Positions 25,742 through 38,638 of a DNA stretch of 64,000 bases are shown one piece after another. Source of the stretch: Callorhinchus milii (Eukaryota); assembly GCF_018977255.1 (NCBI RefSeq), contig NW_024704743.1:113152001-113216000 (forward strand). Direction: 5' to 3'. Numbering within the stretch: position 1 is the stretch's first letter; each line of letters begins with the position of its first letter. The notes under the pieces were generated by a model, which saw only the letters and a list, made by a program, of their open reading frames with translations, was not told the DNA's origin and did not search any database. Made by a program: the position numbers and the translations under genes.

Positions 25742-27215
25742 TACAACAACAACTTGCACTTATATAGCGCCCTCCATGCAGGGTAGCGTCTCAGAGCGCT
25801 TAACAGTGGCAGAGCCTGACTCCAAGCCGGGGGGAGGGGTGAGGTGGCCATAGGCATGATCAAAGGTTTTCAGGCGGGACTTGAAAAAGGGGAGAGGGGG
25901 CAAGACGGAGGGATTGAGGGAGAGTGTTTCAGTTTCGAGGCGTAGTGGCTGAAAGTGTGACCTCTGATGTTGGGGCGAAGGGTGCGAGGGATGAGCAGGA
26001 GGCTGGTGCCAGTTGAGCGGAGGCGCCGGTGCTGGATAATAATAATCCTTGGATTTGATATAGCGTTCTCACATCTTCAAGACGTCTCAAAGCGCTTCAC
26101 AGAATATACTGTAAAGTGAATTGACTGTATATTTGTGGGCGAAACGCGGCAGCTAATTGCGCACAGCAGTGTCCCACAAACAGTCGTGGATTGGTGAACA
26201 AATTTTTTTTTTTTCTTGAGGGATTATTATCAGGCGTGTGGAATAAGGAAACTTGCCCAAGGTTTTGCCCTGCTGGGAATCGAACCCAGGTATCTCGCTT
26301 GGCAGGCGAGTGCTCTAACCACTGAGCTACAGGACTGACAAGTTGGGGAGTGGGGAGTGTCTTCAGAGAGGTAGGGAGGTACCAGAAACTGAAGAGATTT
26401 TAACACGAGTGTGAGGATCTTGAAGTCGATCCGTTCAGTGATGAGGAGCCAGTGGACCTGGCCAGAACTGGTGAGATGTGGGTACGGAGTTTGGTCCGGG
26501 TCAGTATGCGAGCGGCAGAGTTCTGAATGAGCTGAATCTTTTGAATACTGGAGCTGGAGAGTCTGGCGAGGAGTGCGTTTGAGTAATCCAAGCGGGAGGT
26601 GACAACCGTATGCTTGAGGGTTTTGACTGCATTTGGGGTAAAGTATGGTAGGAGACGGGCAATGCGGTGGAAGAAGGTGGTCCTGGTCAGGGGAGGAAGG
26701 ACAACTGGATGCTTACATTGCGCAAAACATTTGCCAAGATGAAATGGAGATGGTTGGCTAAGTAGGACTCGAACCATGCAAGTGCGGTCCCACTAAGGTA
26801 GATGAAAGGAGAGGAGGTGGAAGAGGATGGCGTGGTCGACTGTGTCGAACGTGGCAGAGAGATCCAGGAGAACGAGGAGGCAGAGGGAGCCCTGGTCAGA
26901 TAGAGAGAATGTTGTTTGTGACTTGGACTGGACGAGCGCTATGTCTGTGTTGTGAGCAGAGCAGAAACCAGACCGCAGGGGCTCGAGGAGAGAGTGGAGG
27001 GAGAGGTGTGTCCGAAGTTGACCTGTAACAATGTGTTCCAAAACTTTGGCAAGGAAGGGTAGGTTGGAGATGGGATGGAAGTGTGAGAGATTAGAGAGAT
27101 CGAGGGTGGGGTTTTTGAGTCGGGGTGTGATAACAGCAGTTTTCTGGGGAGTGGGACAGAGTCTGAGGAGAGAGATTGGTTGACAGTGTCGGCCAGCAGG
27201 TAGAAGAGGAGAGGG
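25742..27215 (-). mobile_element. L2 LINE fragment with a nested - strand SINE at ~26037-26335
   Basis: LVLLDLSATFDTVDH, VTSRLDYSNALLA; (ttg)n tail at ~25743. Confidence 0.88.
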
Positions 27216-28406
27216 TTCCTACGTGCTGCTCGTTAAACAAAAGCATGTGGACTAAGAAAACTTGCCCGACGTTTCACCCTGCCAGAAATCAAACCCAGGT
27301 CTCTCGCTTGTGAGTGCTCTAATCATTGAGCTACAGGACTCCACTTGTTAACATTTTCTCTTGGTTAACCTCCCTCTTCCCTCAGGATTGTTAAATCATC
27401 GGGTGTAAATTGGAAGTAGGAGGAAGTGGCTGTATTTATTGATGAAAATGAAAGCATTCTGAGTTTGCAATTGCAAAGTTCAGATATCACTTATTTTGGC
27501 TCACTTACATTTCGCTTTCTCATTCATCACTCCACTAACTAAAGTAGCATCAGTTACCAACAGAAATGTGATACTCTGACAGTAATTCACGGTATCTATT
27601 ATCTGTAACAGAACAGTTCAACACTACAGGACAACCATCTCACTGTGGGGACTTAGACCGATTATCACAGGTTTCATACAAAAATTCTGTCACAATATAA
27701 AAAAATGCTTTTGATTCTTAGCCACCACTATGAACTAAGAAGTATTCAATACTGAAAATACCACTGTGACACTATGAATAAACAAATCATACCTTTACGA
27801 TTCACAAACAATACAAAAGGGGGCAATCTACACCACATAGAAATCAGCTGAGTTAACAATGAGCAAGTCTGTCATGCAACAAAACAGAATTCTTCTTTTG
27901 AATTAGCCACACTTGGATAACTTGTAGGAAAACAACTTTCAAAATGTTCCACTGAAACCCTTCTGTGAAAGCCAATAGCTGCCATGAAACCAGAGGAGCA
28001 GAGATTCAGTGTTCCTCGTAATTTACACACTGGTAAGAAGCCAGGTCAATAACGCATAAAAAAAGCATAAGAATTAATAATTCTATAAAATGTTTTGACT
28101 GGTGAATCATCGGAGATTGAAACCAGCCGAAACTTTCCAATGGCACCACAGCACTTAGTAATTCACATTGGGAGGATATCTCAAAGCACTTCACAGGATA
28201 TGCTTTAAAATTAATGGCTATCTTCCAGACAAACTAACATTTGCTATCAAGGATCTCAAATTAATTAATAGTCACTTGAATGAGGTGCTGGACAGCACCC
28301 ATGCCTCCAGACTCCAACGGAACTAAAATGAGCCAGAAACGTTTCAGGAGAGAAGTGAAATGTATTTTTGTTCAATAAGGCGAAAGAGCATGAAATAAAT
28401 ACAAAC

Positions 28407-28495
28407 CCTTCTTCTGGTTTTCTTCTTTGGGTAATCTGAAATAATGGATTCATCTTGTTTCTCAATCTTTATCAGACGTTCAGAACTTCTCTTAT
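28407..28495 (-). CDS. TERF1: TERF1 exon 9
   Basis: ttttatag| KRSSERLIKIEKQDESIISDYPKKKTRRR |gtttgt; basic stretch before the Myb domain; phase-consistent. Confidence 0.85.
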
Positions 28496-28930
28496 CTATA
28501 AAACAGAGAGAGAGAGCCCATATTGGGAAAGAAAGCTGCTGAAATCTCCTCAGATAATCGTATTGATTAAGTACCACACCAAATATAGTAGTCCATTGGC
28601 CAGCTACTCACTCTAAAATATGGTTGACCTCCAGGCCATCAGATTGTCATAATTGTCATGGCGACCTGATGATCAGGAAGTCGGCCTTTTTTTAAAACTG
28701 TACAAGAAATGGCCTGGCTGGTTTTACACATACATTTTGATAAGTAAATTGGATCCCCACTTCAATCGAGCTAAAAGCCAACCTGCAATTGTATCAAAGT
28801 GCTTCACAATGCTCTGTACACTTAGCTACACCTCACATTCAGAACTAAGATAGTTGGCATTTATATTTAGCTACATGTCACAGCCTGGCATTTAAATAGT
28901 TAATACACCAATAAATTTATCTGCACCTAC

Positions 28931-29028
28931 TTCTGGCTGGTGTTTTTACTCTTGAATCCTTAATCCTTTCAGGTTTCACCAAGGTTGATGTCATGGGCTT
29001 CACCAAACTATATAGCCGTTTTTTAGGT
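28931..29028 (-). CDS. TERF1: TERF1 exon 8 (hinge)
   Basis: cttacag| PKKRLYSLVKPMTSTLVKPERIKDSRVKTPAR |gtaggt; phase 2 to 1. Confidence 0.8.
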
Positions 29029-29204
29029 CTGTAAGAAAACATATTTAACACTGGATTTCAGCAAGCTTTAATACCCAAAGTACGGTCGACAGAGTTCATT
29101 ACTTAGTTGACAGAGTTATGGTTTGAACAATAACTTTACATCACTGTGATGCCATAGATGTTGGGTAACACTGTATGAACTGTAACTGTAACAGTGTATT
29201 GTGT

Positions 29205-29525
29205 AGTCCTGTAGCTCAGTGGTTAGAGCACTCGCTTTGCAAGCGAGAGACCTGAGTTCAATTCCAGGCAGAGGGCGAAACCTTGGGCAAGTTTCCTTAC
29301 TCCACACAGAGCCTAATAATAATCCCTCCAAAACCAAAAAAAAACAATAATGAATTGGTCATTTTCAATTGGTCATTTTCCATTGGGACATTGCTGTGCG
29401 CAATTGGCTGCCGCGTTCGCCCACAAATATACAGTCAATTCACTTTACAGTGTGTTCTGTGAAGCGCTTTGGGACGTGCTCCCGACGTGAAAAGCACTAT
29501 ATCAAATGCAAGGATTATTATTATT
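29205..29525 (+). mobile_element. Full-length young tRNA-derived SINE
   Basis: Near identical to the copies at 40973, 45279 and 62707. Confidence 0.95.
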
Positions 29526-30376
29526 TTAAATTGAGGAGTAGCGGCCCAAAAAGAACAATTTATCTTCCAAGGCAGCCCAACCATACTCACGGACTTTCCC
29601 TAGAACTGCGACAAGTAGCAGTCAACAACAACAGAGGCAGTTGAGTGAATCTGCTTGATTTTGGACATGAAGAAGTACATCACCTTATTGCATTTGGAGT
29701 TGGAGCTGAGGATGGAGGGAGCCTGGGAGGATGGGTGAAGGAGGTGGATGGCGTTGAAGAGGAGAAGCTTGGGGTGTTGTCTTTGGGCTCCAAAATCATC
29801 CTGGAGTAGAAGGCAAATTTAGCTGAGGCAACAGCGTGACAGGAGACTTTCAAAACGATTATTTTACTTCCTGTCATTCTATGTTGTCTATTCCTACCAA
29901 ATGAATGGATGTTGGATTCCAACAAGGAGCTGTCTAAATGTGTTGTATGAGTATGTGGGTCTCACATTGAAATGAAGCAGGTTCTGGGATTTCTTTTGTT
30001 TGCAGCATTCAAGATGTAACAATATAATCCTTCCATTTGATATAGTGCCTTATCCCGTCATTGAGTTGTCTCAAAGCACTTCACAGGATATACTGCAAAG
30101 TTAACGGGAATGTCTAGAGAAATGTCCATTGGTTGAAATGGAGCAAGGATACAATTCACAGACTGTGCTATTTTCCACAGCATTGAAATCCAGGCAATAC
30201 CTGTTAGCACAGCTGTTTTTTTTCCCCCAGAGAGCCAGGATTAGGTTTGTCATAATTGATTCCTTTGGTTATATTCGATTTGTTCTTTTTCATTTAGCAT
30301 TTTGATTTGTACAAAAGCAAGCAAAATAATAAAAAGGACAAGAGGGGTGAAAAAAAACTATACGCTATTGACAAAC

Positions 30377-30445
30377 CTTTGTGATTTTAATGCTGTGTTG
30401 TTCATCTCTCCATCCACTGTTTCTTCTTGAGGTAAATCTTCATAA
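30377..30445 (-). CDS. TERF1: TERF1 exon 7 (hinge)
   Basis: tttccag| YEDLPQEETVDGEMNNTALKSQ |gtttgt; 69 nt, phase 2 to 2. Confidence 0.75.
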
Positions 30446-31315
30446 CTGGAAATAAAATAAAAGTAGACCATTTGTTACTGTACAAATAAGTTTGAAAAAT
30501 AAAAGGGTGTCATTTTCTTTGCAACCTGAAGCAGTGTGTTTCCAGTCTTCAACTGAAAGGTTCATCCAGACTTATTGCAGCAGTCTACAACTGACACATG
30601 ATATTCTTGTCATGGGTAACAATGCAGTGGAAGGCACTGGGGTTATAAACAGCCAATTTAATGCACTATTTCCACTAATTTGTCAGATATGGAAGATGTT
30701 TAGCTCGTCAGGACCTTGGATAACAACGTGGTACTTCGAAAAAACCAAATACAACTGCAACTAGACAGAAGCCCAAACCAAAGTATTCAGTAAAGCAATG
30801 GCTGCATCACCACCTAGTGGCCACATGCGTTACTATAATTAATGTAAAATTGAGTGTATAATATTCGGCTGGTCAAAATAGGAAAAGGATATTTACAAAA
30901 AAACAAAACAAGAATGGGGGGTGGGGGGAAGAGAAATAATAGAAATCAAATCTCCAATTTTACACATGAAATGTCCTTGATTTTTCAAGGATTGCATAAA
31001 CCCACTGCTTCAAGTCTCCTCTTCTCAGCTGCTCTAGGAGATACTTGGCCGAGGAAGAACACAGCACTAGTGTAGTGCTATTTACTATTGGGACTGTTTT
31101 ACCTGGCAGGCAGATTTGAATTATTAGTATGGCCAATGGATGAAATATTATGGGAAAAAAATGACTACCACAATTGAAATATTTTTTTTAATAGATCAGA
31201 TATAAACTGAAATTATGGTAAACCCTAGTTATTCATTGCAATTTATAAAGCTCATTTCTTCATATTTTATTAAGTTATAACCATTCAGCAATATCAGCAA
31301 TATCTGAAATCCTAC

Positions 31316-31416
31316 TGGTTCTCCTGCCAACGCTGCTTTCCAGGATCTTCCTCATCTCCAGAACTCTTCTTGAATGCATTTCTTTGTTCTTTAGACTCCA
31401 CCACCTTATTTGCTGC
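31316..31416 (-). CDS. TERF1: TERF1 exon 6
   Basis: cttcag| AANKVVESKEQRNAFKKSSGDEEDPGKQRWQEN |gtagga; compare human AAAKVVESKR. Confidence 0.85.
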
Positions 31417-31647
31417 CTGAAGAGACAGATGCATAATTTCCACAATATTGTGTGCATCAGTTTCCCTTCCCCTTCCCTCGAGTACACGGTCAGCTTGCCC
31501 AAGAGATGGGTAGCAATTTTATGTCCTATGTTAAGTTGAGATTGGCACACAATGTTCATGAAACTGCTATGAAGAGCAAAAATTTGCTATAATATTAATA
31601 ATTCTTGCATTTGGTATAGCACTTTATCATGTCATCAAAACATCTGA

Positions 31648-33262
31648 ACAAAAACAACAAAATTACATTTATAGAGCGCCCTTCATGTCGGTAGGACGTC
31701 CCAAGACACTGGACAGTCAGGGGTCAGGACCGAGCATGGGGGATGGGTGGGGTAGTGGTGAGGGAAGGCAGAAAGGTGGGAGGGCGACGGATGTGGAAGA
31801 GGAGGGTCTTGAGATCGGCCTTGAAGGAGGCAAGGGAGAAAGTGAGGCAAAGGGACTGTGGGATGGAGTTCCAGAGTGCGGGGCAGAGAGGCTGAAAGCC
31901 TGGCCACCGATGGTAGGGCGGGAGACGTGGAACAGGCCAGAGTCCACTGAAGGGAGGGAACGGGCAGGTTGCTAGAGAGTCAGCAGGTCAGTGAGGTAGG
32001 AGAGGGCAAGGCCATTGAATGCCTTCGAAAGTGAGGACGAGGATCTTGAATTTGATCCTCTGGGGGATGGGGAGCCAGTGGAGTTGGGCGAGGGTGGGAG
32101 TGATGGGGTCACGGAATCTGGTGCGTGTAAGTACACAAACTGCAGAGTTTTGGACGATCTGCAGCTTGTGAAGGGAAGAGTTGGGAAGGCCAATGAGGAG
32201 GGAGTTCCCATAATCGAGCCTTGAGGTGACGAATGCGTGGGTGAGGGTTTCGTCAGCCTGTGGGGTGAGGCAGTGGCGGAGTCTGGCAATATTGTGGAGA
32301 TGGTGGTAGGCAGTGCCAGTCATGGCACGGATGTGGGGGAGGAAGGACAGTTCAGGTCAAACAAGATACCCAGGTTCCTGACTGGAATAGTGAGGTTGAG
32401 TGCGCAGCCGTGGATGCTAATGCTGCCAGCGCCTGAGGTGCGGAGGCGCTGGCGCGAGCCAATCAGGAAAGCCTCGGTCTTGCTGAAGTTCAGTTGGAGA
32501 AAGTTGTCCCTTGTCCAGGACTTGATGTCAGACAGGCAGTCGGTCAGGACGCCAGTAGTCTTGGAGTTGAGGGTAGAGGTAAAGAGATAGACTTGGGTGT
32601 CATCCGTATATATGTCGAAATTTACCCCATGTCTGTGGATGATGTCACCAAGGGGGAGCACGTAGAGGTTGAAGAGGAGGGGACCGAGGACAGAGCCCTG
32701 AGGAACGCTGCATGAGATGTTGCGGGGACTGGAGGAAAAGCCGTTAGCTGAGACGAAGTGGAGGCAGTGTGAAAGGTAGGACCTGGTCAAGGTCATTTGT
32801 GACCTTGACCAGAGCAGTTTCCGTGCTGTGGGCAGCACGGAAACCCAATTGGAGGGGCTCATGGAGGGAGTGAGAGGAGAGGAAAGAGCGAAGCTGGGAG
32901 GCAACGGCTGTCTCAAGGCGACAGGAAAGGGAGGTTGGAGATGGGCCGGTAGCTGGATAGCTGTGATGGGTCAAGGGAAGGTTTTCTTCAAGGTGGGGGT
33001 GATAGTGGCTGTTTTGAGGGGACTATGAACAGTGCCAGATGACAGGGAGAGGTTGATGATGTGGGGCAAGGAGGTGGAGCTGGGATTTAAGGAGAGGGGT
33101 GGGGATGGGGTCCAGGGAGCAGCTGGTGGGCTTCATGGAGGATATGGTGGTGATGACAGAGGAGGGGTTGATAGGTTCAAAGGTGTGGAAGGAGGGATGG
33201 GTAGTGGTCAGAGTGGGGGAGGTAGGGAGGGAGTGGAAGTTGGGAGGGCACTGGCAGCTGAG
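31648..33262 (-). mobile_element. L2 LINE fragment (RT to 3' end)
   Basis: [35 protein letters not shown], 3' tail. Confidence 0.92.
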
Positions 33263-33692
33263 CGGAATCCCTCGATTTTGAAAGTACCAATATGGGATTT
33301 GAGCCCAAAACTTTCTGACTTCGCTGGGCTTCTTTAATCAGCTGACTCACAATCTGGAATTCCTCCCAGGATAAAAATAACATTTCTGCGAAACTTTTTT
33401 TTTAAAAAAAAGCAACATTTACTCTTTAAGAAAAATTAATATTTGCTCCTTCATTTCTGAGCATCTATCACAGTGCCTCTTGACCTGATTGCCTGTAACT
33501 TTGCATCAGGCCAATCTAATACAGAGAACAAGCAACTGATTCAAAACAGCTTTCCTTTTGTCATCATAAGACTGTAATCAGAGCTCTGACACATTGTAGG
33601 ATAAGACAAAGCATAGCTCAGTTCTATGTTCAAACTGATGTAGTGAAGCAAAAAGAAGCAGTAATCGCCAAATGATTCAAAATTGTACTTAC

Positions 33693-33842
33693 TTGGACAA
33701 GGAAATTTGATTTTTTATCAGATAAAAATTTATCAGCAAAATCCTTGGCACTCTCTATTAAATGTTGGTGATTGAAATTTTGAAAAAACTTATGATATGG
33801 ATCTTTCTTGATGATAATTGTGGACAGCTTCCTTTTTAAAGA
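33693..33842 (-). CDS. TERF1: TERF1 exon 5 (TRFH)
   Basis: tttcag| SLKRKLSTIIIKKDPYHKFFQNFNHQHLIESAKDFADKFLSDKKSNFLVQ |gtaagt. Confidence 0.93.
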
Positions 33843-34033
33843 CTGAAAGACAAAAGCCAGCACACCTCTTTAATATCGACATCTAAACTGTTTAAACCTA
33901 AGTAATTTTGCCTCTGTGGTTTAAATAGAAACTTTTTCCAATTACACAACATTCGACAAGCATCTTGCAGCCAAGAAAACCAAATCCGAATTTTCTGTGG
34001 CATCTTTAATGACGGGAGATGTGATCCTCATAC

Positions 34034-34129
34034 CTGCTCTGATTCAGAGAGTCCTTGGCCATCAAACTGACGTTCCAGAACTTCTGAAGCTTTCCTCCAG
34101 TCTCCCTTCTCCATACAGACTGCCACAGC
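34034..34129 (-). CDS. TERF1: TERF1 exon 4 (TRFH)
   Basis: gtctag| AVAVCMEKGDWRKASEVLERQFDGQGLSESEQ |gtatga. Confidence 0.94.
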
Positions 34130-35100
34130 CTAGACAACAAAGACAAGGACACTCAAAAATTAATTTGATAGAGACGTGTGATTTTGTGATGCTCTTTAGT
34201 GGAAATTAGGCATGCCTAAATGTACGTGAACTTCAATCAAATCCCTCACTAAAAAGGTATATATTTAGAAGATTTGATAGAATTAAATCTTCCCACCTCT
34301 GTGACCTTTTTTATATTTATCACTTCACAGTTGACTCACACCCAGCACTGCGGTCATGAACAGTACCAGATAAACACAACTCTTAAGAGTTAAAAGTGCC
34401 ACCAACCCTGTCCCATAGAGTTCAAAACAATAATTGGTCTGTTTCTGTTGGAGCCTTTTACTGTTCTCTACAGGTTACTTATGTTTCAGGTAGGACACTT
34501 CAATGTGGCAAGATAAAATACTATTAATAAAATGATAAACCTCAGACTAAAATGTGTAAAGCTCAGTATGCTGTTCTCTTCAGTTAAATACTGAAATAAA
34601 TACTAATTTGTAGTACATTAACAGCACTAAAGACTTCATTCTCCAACTTCAAGCAATGCCTCATTCTCTTTTATTAAAACGCTCATCAAGCTCTGCACCA
34701 TTTCTCCACACTTTGTTTGTTTGAGGTCTTTATATGTACACAGCTGGTTCAGCCAACTGAGCTTCTGAACACCAATCCAGAGGTTAAATCCTTCACTACC
34801 AACAGCCTACCAGAATATAAAACATACCACTGATATTATTCATGCTGTTGTCAATGTACCTGTCACCCACGGTAATTTGTGTTGTCTGGTGAGCCTATCA
34901 GCCTCATTATTTATAATGTTGTCAAGTGTACCAGTCATACACAGTATTTGATGTTGTCTACTATACTTGTCGGCCTTAGTATTTACAGTGTTGCCTGGTT
35001 TACCTGTCCTCCACAGGATTTAGTGTTATCTGGTTTATTTAATAAAATACAGTACCCCAAAGCTTTCAAAGTAAAAGTCAATACAGACTATAGACCTGAC

Positions 35101-35234
35101 CTGAATTTGAAGCAACTGTTTCAATTTTTGATAAAGGTGATTTTTCTTTACGTCTTGGGCATCCCCCATTTCCACTAAAACTGATAACGCAGATTCCAGC
35201 GGTGTTATTCTTTCATCTTTGTCAAACTGGACAT
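35101..35234 (-). CDS. TERF1: TERF1 exon 3 (TRFH)
   Basis: tttttag| (D)VQFDKDERITPLESALSVLVEMGDAQDVKKNHLYQKLKQLLQIQ |gtcagg; ERITPLESAL is a TRFH signature. Confidence 0.96.
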
Positions 35235-38200
35235 CTAAAAAAAAATCAATTAAATATCCTGATATACACAAAACATTAGTTAGGTTTGACTTTAGGAACT
35301 ATTTAAAGTTGCATTTGATAGATAGAACTATTGATATAACTTCAGCCTTATAAAGGTTCTTATTCCTCACTGTGAACTGTCCTCTCTTGTTCCTCCTAGT
35401 CTCGTAAAATTTTCCGCTTCCCTGCATTACAAAAACACATTGTACCATACTTAGATCTTTCCTAGGTGCTGAAAACTGCGGAACTCCTTAGCTCCGCTAG
35501 ACTTCTTTTCCTTCTATAACCTACAGGATTGAACTTGTCTCATCTCCCAACTTATCTCTAGAACATCAAGATGGCTGGTATGTCACAGCGTATAGGTCTT
35601 TCTATGACCTGAAAACAGATGTCCGTCAAATAGCTAATAAGGAAACTCTGAGGTCTGGGTCAAAAGCTGTTAGAAGGTGTTATGCGGAGGACTTGGTATG
35701 TGGAGGGGTAAACAGTTGCTGCTGAATGTCTGTAAGTGGTGAATCTACACACAGTGAACAGTGGGTTGGATTATGCGTCCAACCTATGCACAGCAGATTG
35801 TGCCAATGCTCTCACACAATTCATATTTAACTATGCTGTTCACCAGGAAGCTGGCTATCCACTTAGAGGATCAGATCTGCAATTCTCAGATGTCAAATGA
35901 CCTACTAGTGACTACCCTCCTTGGTGGGGGGGGGGGGGGGGGGGGAGGGTCTCTTTGAAGATGAGGTAACTTAAAGGTGATGGACTTGGTAATGGATTGT
36001 CAGAATTGAGTCAGCCCTCTGTAATAGTCTTGGCAGTCCAATTCCTGAGCCAAGGTGGATCACAATACTCCCAAGGCATTGCTGATGACAGACCACTCAG
36101 CCTGGCTTGTCGGCAGCATTTGGAGGGTAGACAAATCATTGAAGGCAGGGATTCATCCCACGTTTTCTACTAATAACTGCGAGCCAAAGGATAGGGTAAT
36201 CCTAGCTGGACAAACAATGGGAAGCTTGCTATGTAGTGCTTATAATGTAATTTTGGCTTGTTTGACTCCAGGCCCAACACACTTTAGGGGTTCCCAAAAG
36301 CCTCTTTCCAGCCAGAGCCAAGAATTTCCAAAATTAGGTAAACTCAGTGTACATTCTATTCCAGACCATGGAAATTTCCATGTGTAGGTGTGTAGAATTG
36401 TGTTTGGTTGAATATTCTTAAGTATGGTGTCAGTTTCCGCAAGTATGAGAAATCTGACCAAATAAAAATGATCTTCTAATTCATTTTAATAATGGTTTGT
36501 TGTCCTGCATTGAGGTTTTGAGCTTTGAGTAGTTTATAATATCCATCTTCCTACTGATTCATAAAATTATGTAATTCACCCATTATACACCCTACTATTA
36601 TGAATCGAAGCCTTTTGTGCTGGTTCACATTAAAACAAAAGCTGTAAAACTGCAAAACGTTTTAAAAATAGGCCAAACTGCACCTAATCTGGTTGCTGAG
36701 CCCAGATTACAGTTCTGCACCTCAGGAAAAAGATGATTTTAGAATCCGGTTTATGATCAGTATTTAGAGTTGGAGCAGACTCCAAGTCTGACCTATTTAC
36801 AATTTAATCTTAATCTTCTCAAATTCACCACTCCAAATTGGTGCTACACATTGTCAGCCAACTAAGGAGCCTGCAGAAGCTTTCAACCCAGGGCCAATTC
36901 ACTGCCAAGATTTCTCACAGTGCCTAGAGTCCCAGACACATGAACATGATTCACCACTTACGTCCATCTTAGATGTCACTTTTTTTGCTGTCTGTCATCA
37001 AGTAAAAATAGCATCCAGAAAAATTAAACTTATGAGAGTGCATCCTGTCAAAAATACTGACAGGCAATATAAAAATGATCTATTTTTACTCAACTCACAC
37101 TTTTGGATTTAAATGCAGGGTCTGGATTGAATCCAACTATAAAAAGGACACTTGTTACTGAGGGGAAACAAGCTGCATACAATCTTTCTCTCTTCTCTTT
37201 TTAATAATTCCCCAGCACTAAGACCTCCTCGACATCCTCAATATGAAAAGCACAAATCCTGGTCTTCACAAATGAAAACACTCTTTTCCCCCTCCTCTGT
37301 AAATAGAATAAAAAGTAACATTTACAAGGAGCACAACAGCAATCCTACTTGGAGCTGTCTCATTCAGACTGCTAACTCTCATTGGATCCACAAGTACCAG
37401 CTAGTACTGATCATCACTTTGTACACTCACACATTCACAGACAAGCATCGCAGTATATTGTCAAGCACCTGGCTGTTTCAGATTCCTTGGGCTCCAAGTT
37501 GGTAAACATCAGATTTGCAAGCAGTCATTTATTTTTTGAATACTCTGGAGAAGAGGAATAAATCTTGGGTTATATTGATGGAATTGTTTAGATTAATTGA
37601 GTGCCTAATCCATTAGGCACTGGATAAACATTTGATCTCTGATCCTATGATTCTAAGAATAGCAGACAAAATTGGAAGTTATTTTATTTTGGTCAGCTGG
37701 ATGTCTTGGACACCTTTGGAAATCCATCATCATGCTTAAGAGTATCCAAACCAAACCGAATTCCATGCAACCCACCGATACATGCAAATAGGATATTTAT
37801 ATTTATTAGAATGTAATGCGGACTCTTTCTGGAGGGACACATCCTGTTTACCTAATTCCAGAGATCATTAGGCGCAGGTTAGCAAGAGCCAAGGCTTGGG
37901 TACCTGAGTGTGCGTTGTGCTAATGCTGGAGTCTGACCAACTAAAACTACATGACTTGCTATTGGGAGCACTGCATGGCAAGCTTTCCTGTTGCTTGCCC
38001 TACCCATTAGCCTTTGCTTGCAGGGTTAACATGAGGTGAATACGAAGAAAGAGTCCCTGCCCCCAATGACTGATTTGCTCTTCCAAATCCTGCCAATGAA
38101 CCAGCATGGCTGTGCTGTCTTCAGCAGTGCCCTGGAGAATTGTTTTCTCTTGACCCGTGTAGAACCAGGATTCCACACTTGAGGCACATATCACCGTGTC

Positions 38201-38542
38201 CCACCGGTTGGCCCAGAGTTCAAGATTACGGATGCAATGCAAAAAATCCCCAGCTGAGTTCACCAGCAGCACAATATATTCTGAAACAGAAGCCCTGCAA
38301 ACCTGTCAGAAAGGCCTGGAACCGATACACCAAGTCCACCCCCCTCGATGCCATCCAACACATAATGTCTTTCTTTCAAGCTTATGGCTATAGATAGAAA
38401 AGTAATTATACAACATATTAAAGAATTCAGTAGTCAGTTGAGATATGAATGTATTTAAACTATGAATTGGGGGGCGTGCGGGGGGGGAAGAGAAAAGGAG
38501 AAATACGATTATATACAAACAAGTAAAAAGAAAATGAGTTAC

Positions 38543-38638
38543 CAATATTTTTTGCTTCAACGATTCGTGACAGAAGTTGGCAAATATGCACTTTCATAAT
38601 CTGACCAGATCCTCCAGTTAACGGCCATTGAACAAAAC
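38543..38638 (-). CDS. TERF1: TERF1 exon 2 (TRFH)
   Basis: ttctcag| FVQWPLTGGSGQIMKVHICQLLSRIVEAKNI |gtaact; 96 nt; compare human IYICQFLTRIAAGK. Confidence 0.92.

Noticed and set aside
34635..34806. Possible extra TERF1 exon (tag|GCTGTT...)
   Set aside because: Ends in a stop, shows no TRFH similarity, and exons 3 and 4 already join in frame
35923..35945. Long G homopolymer (also a C run at ~16160)
   Set aside because: Simple repeat of uncertain assembled length; no evidence of function
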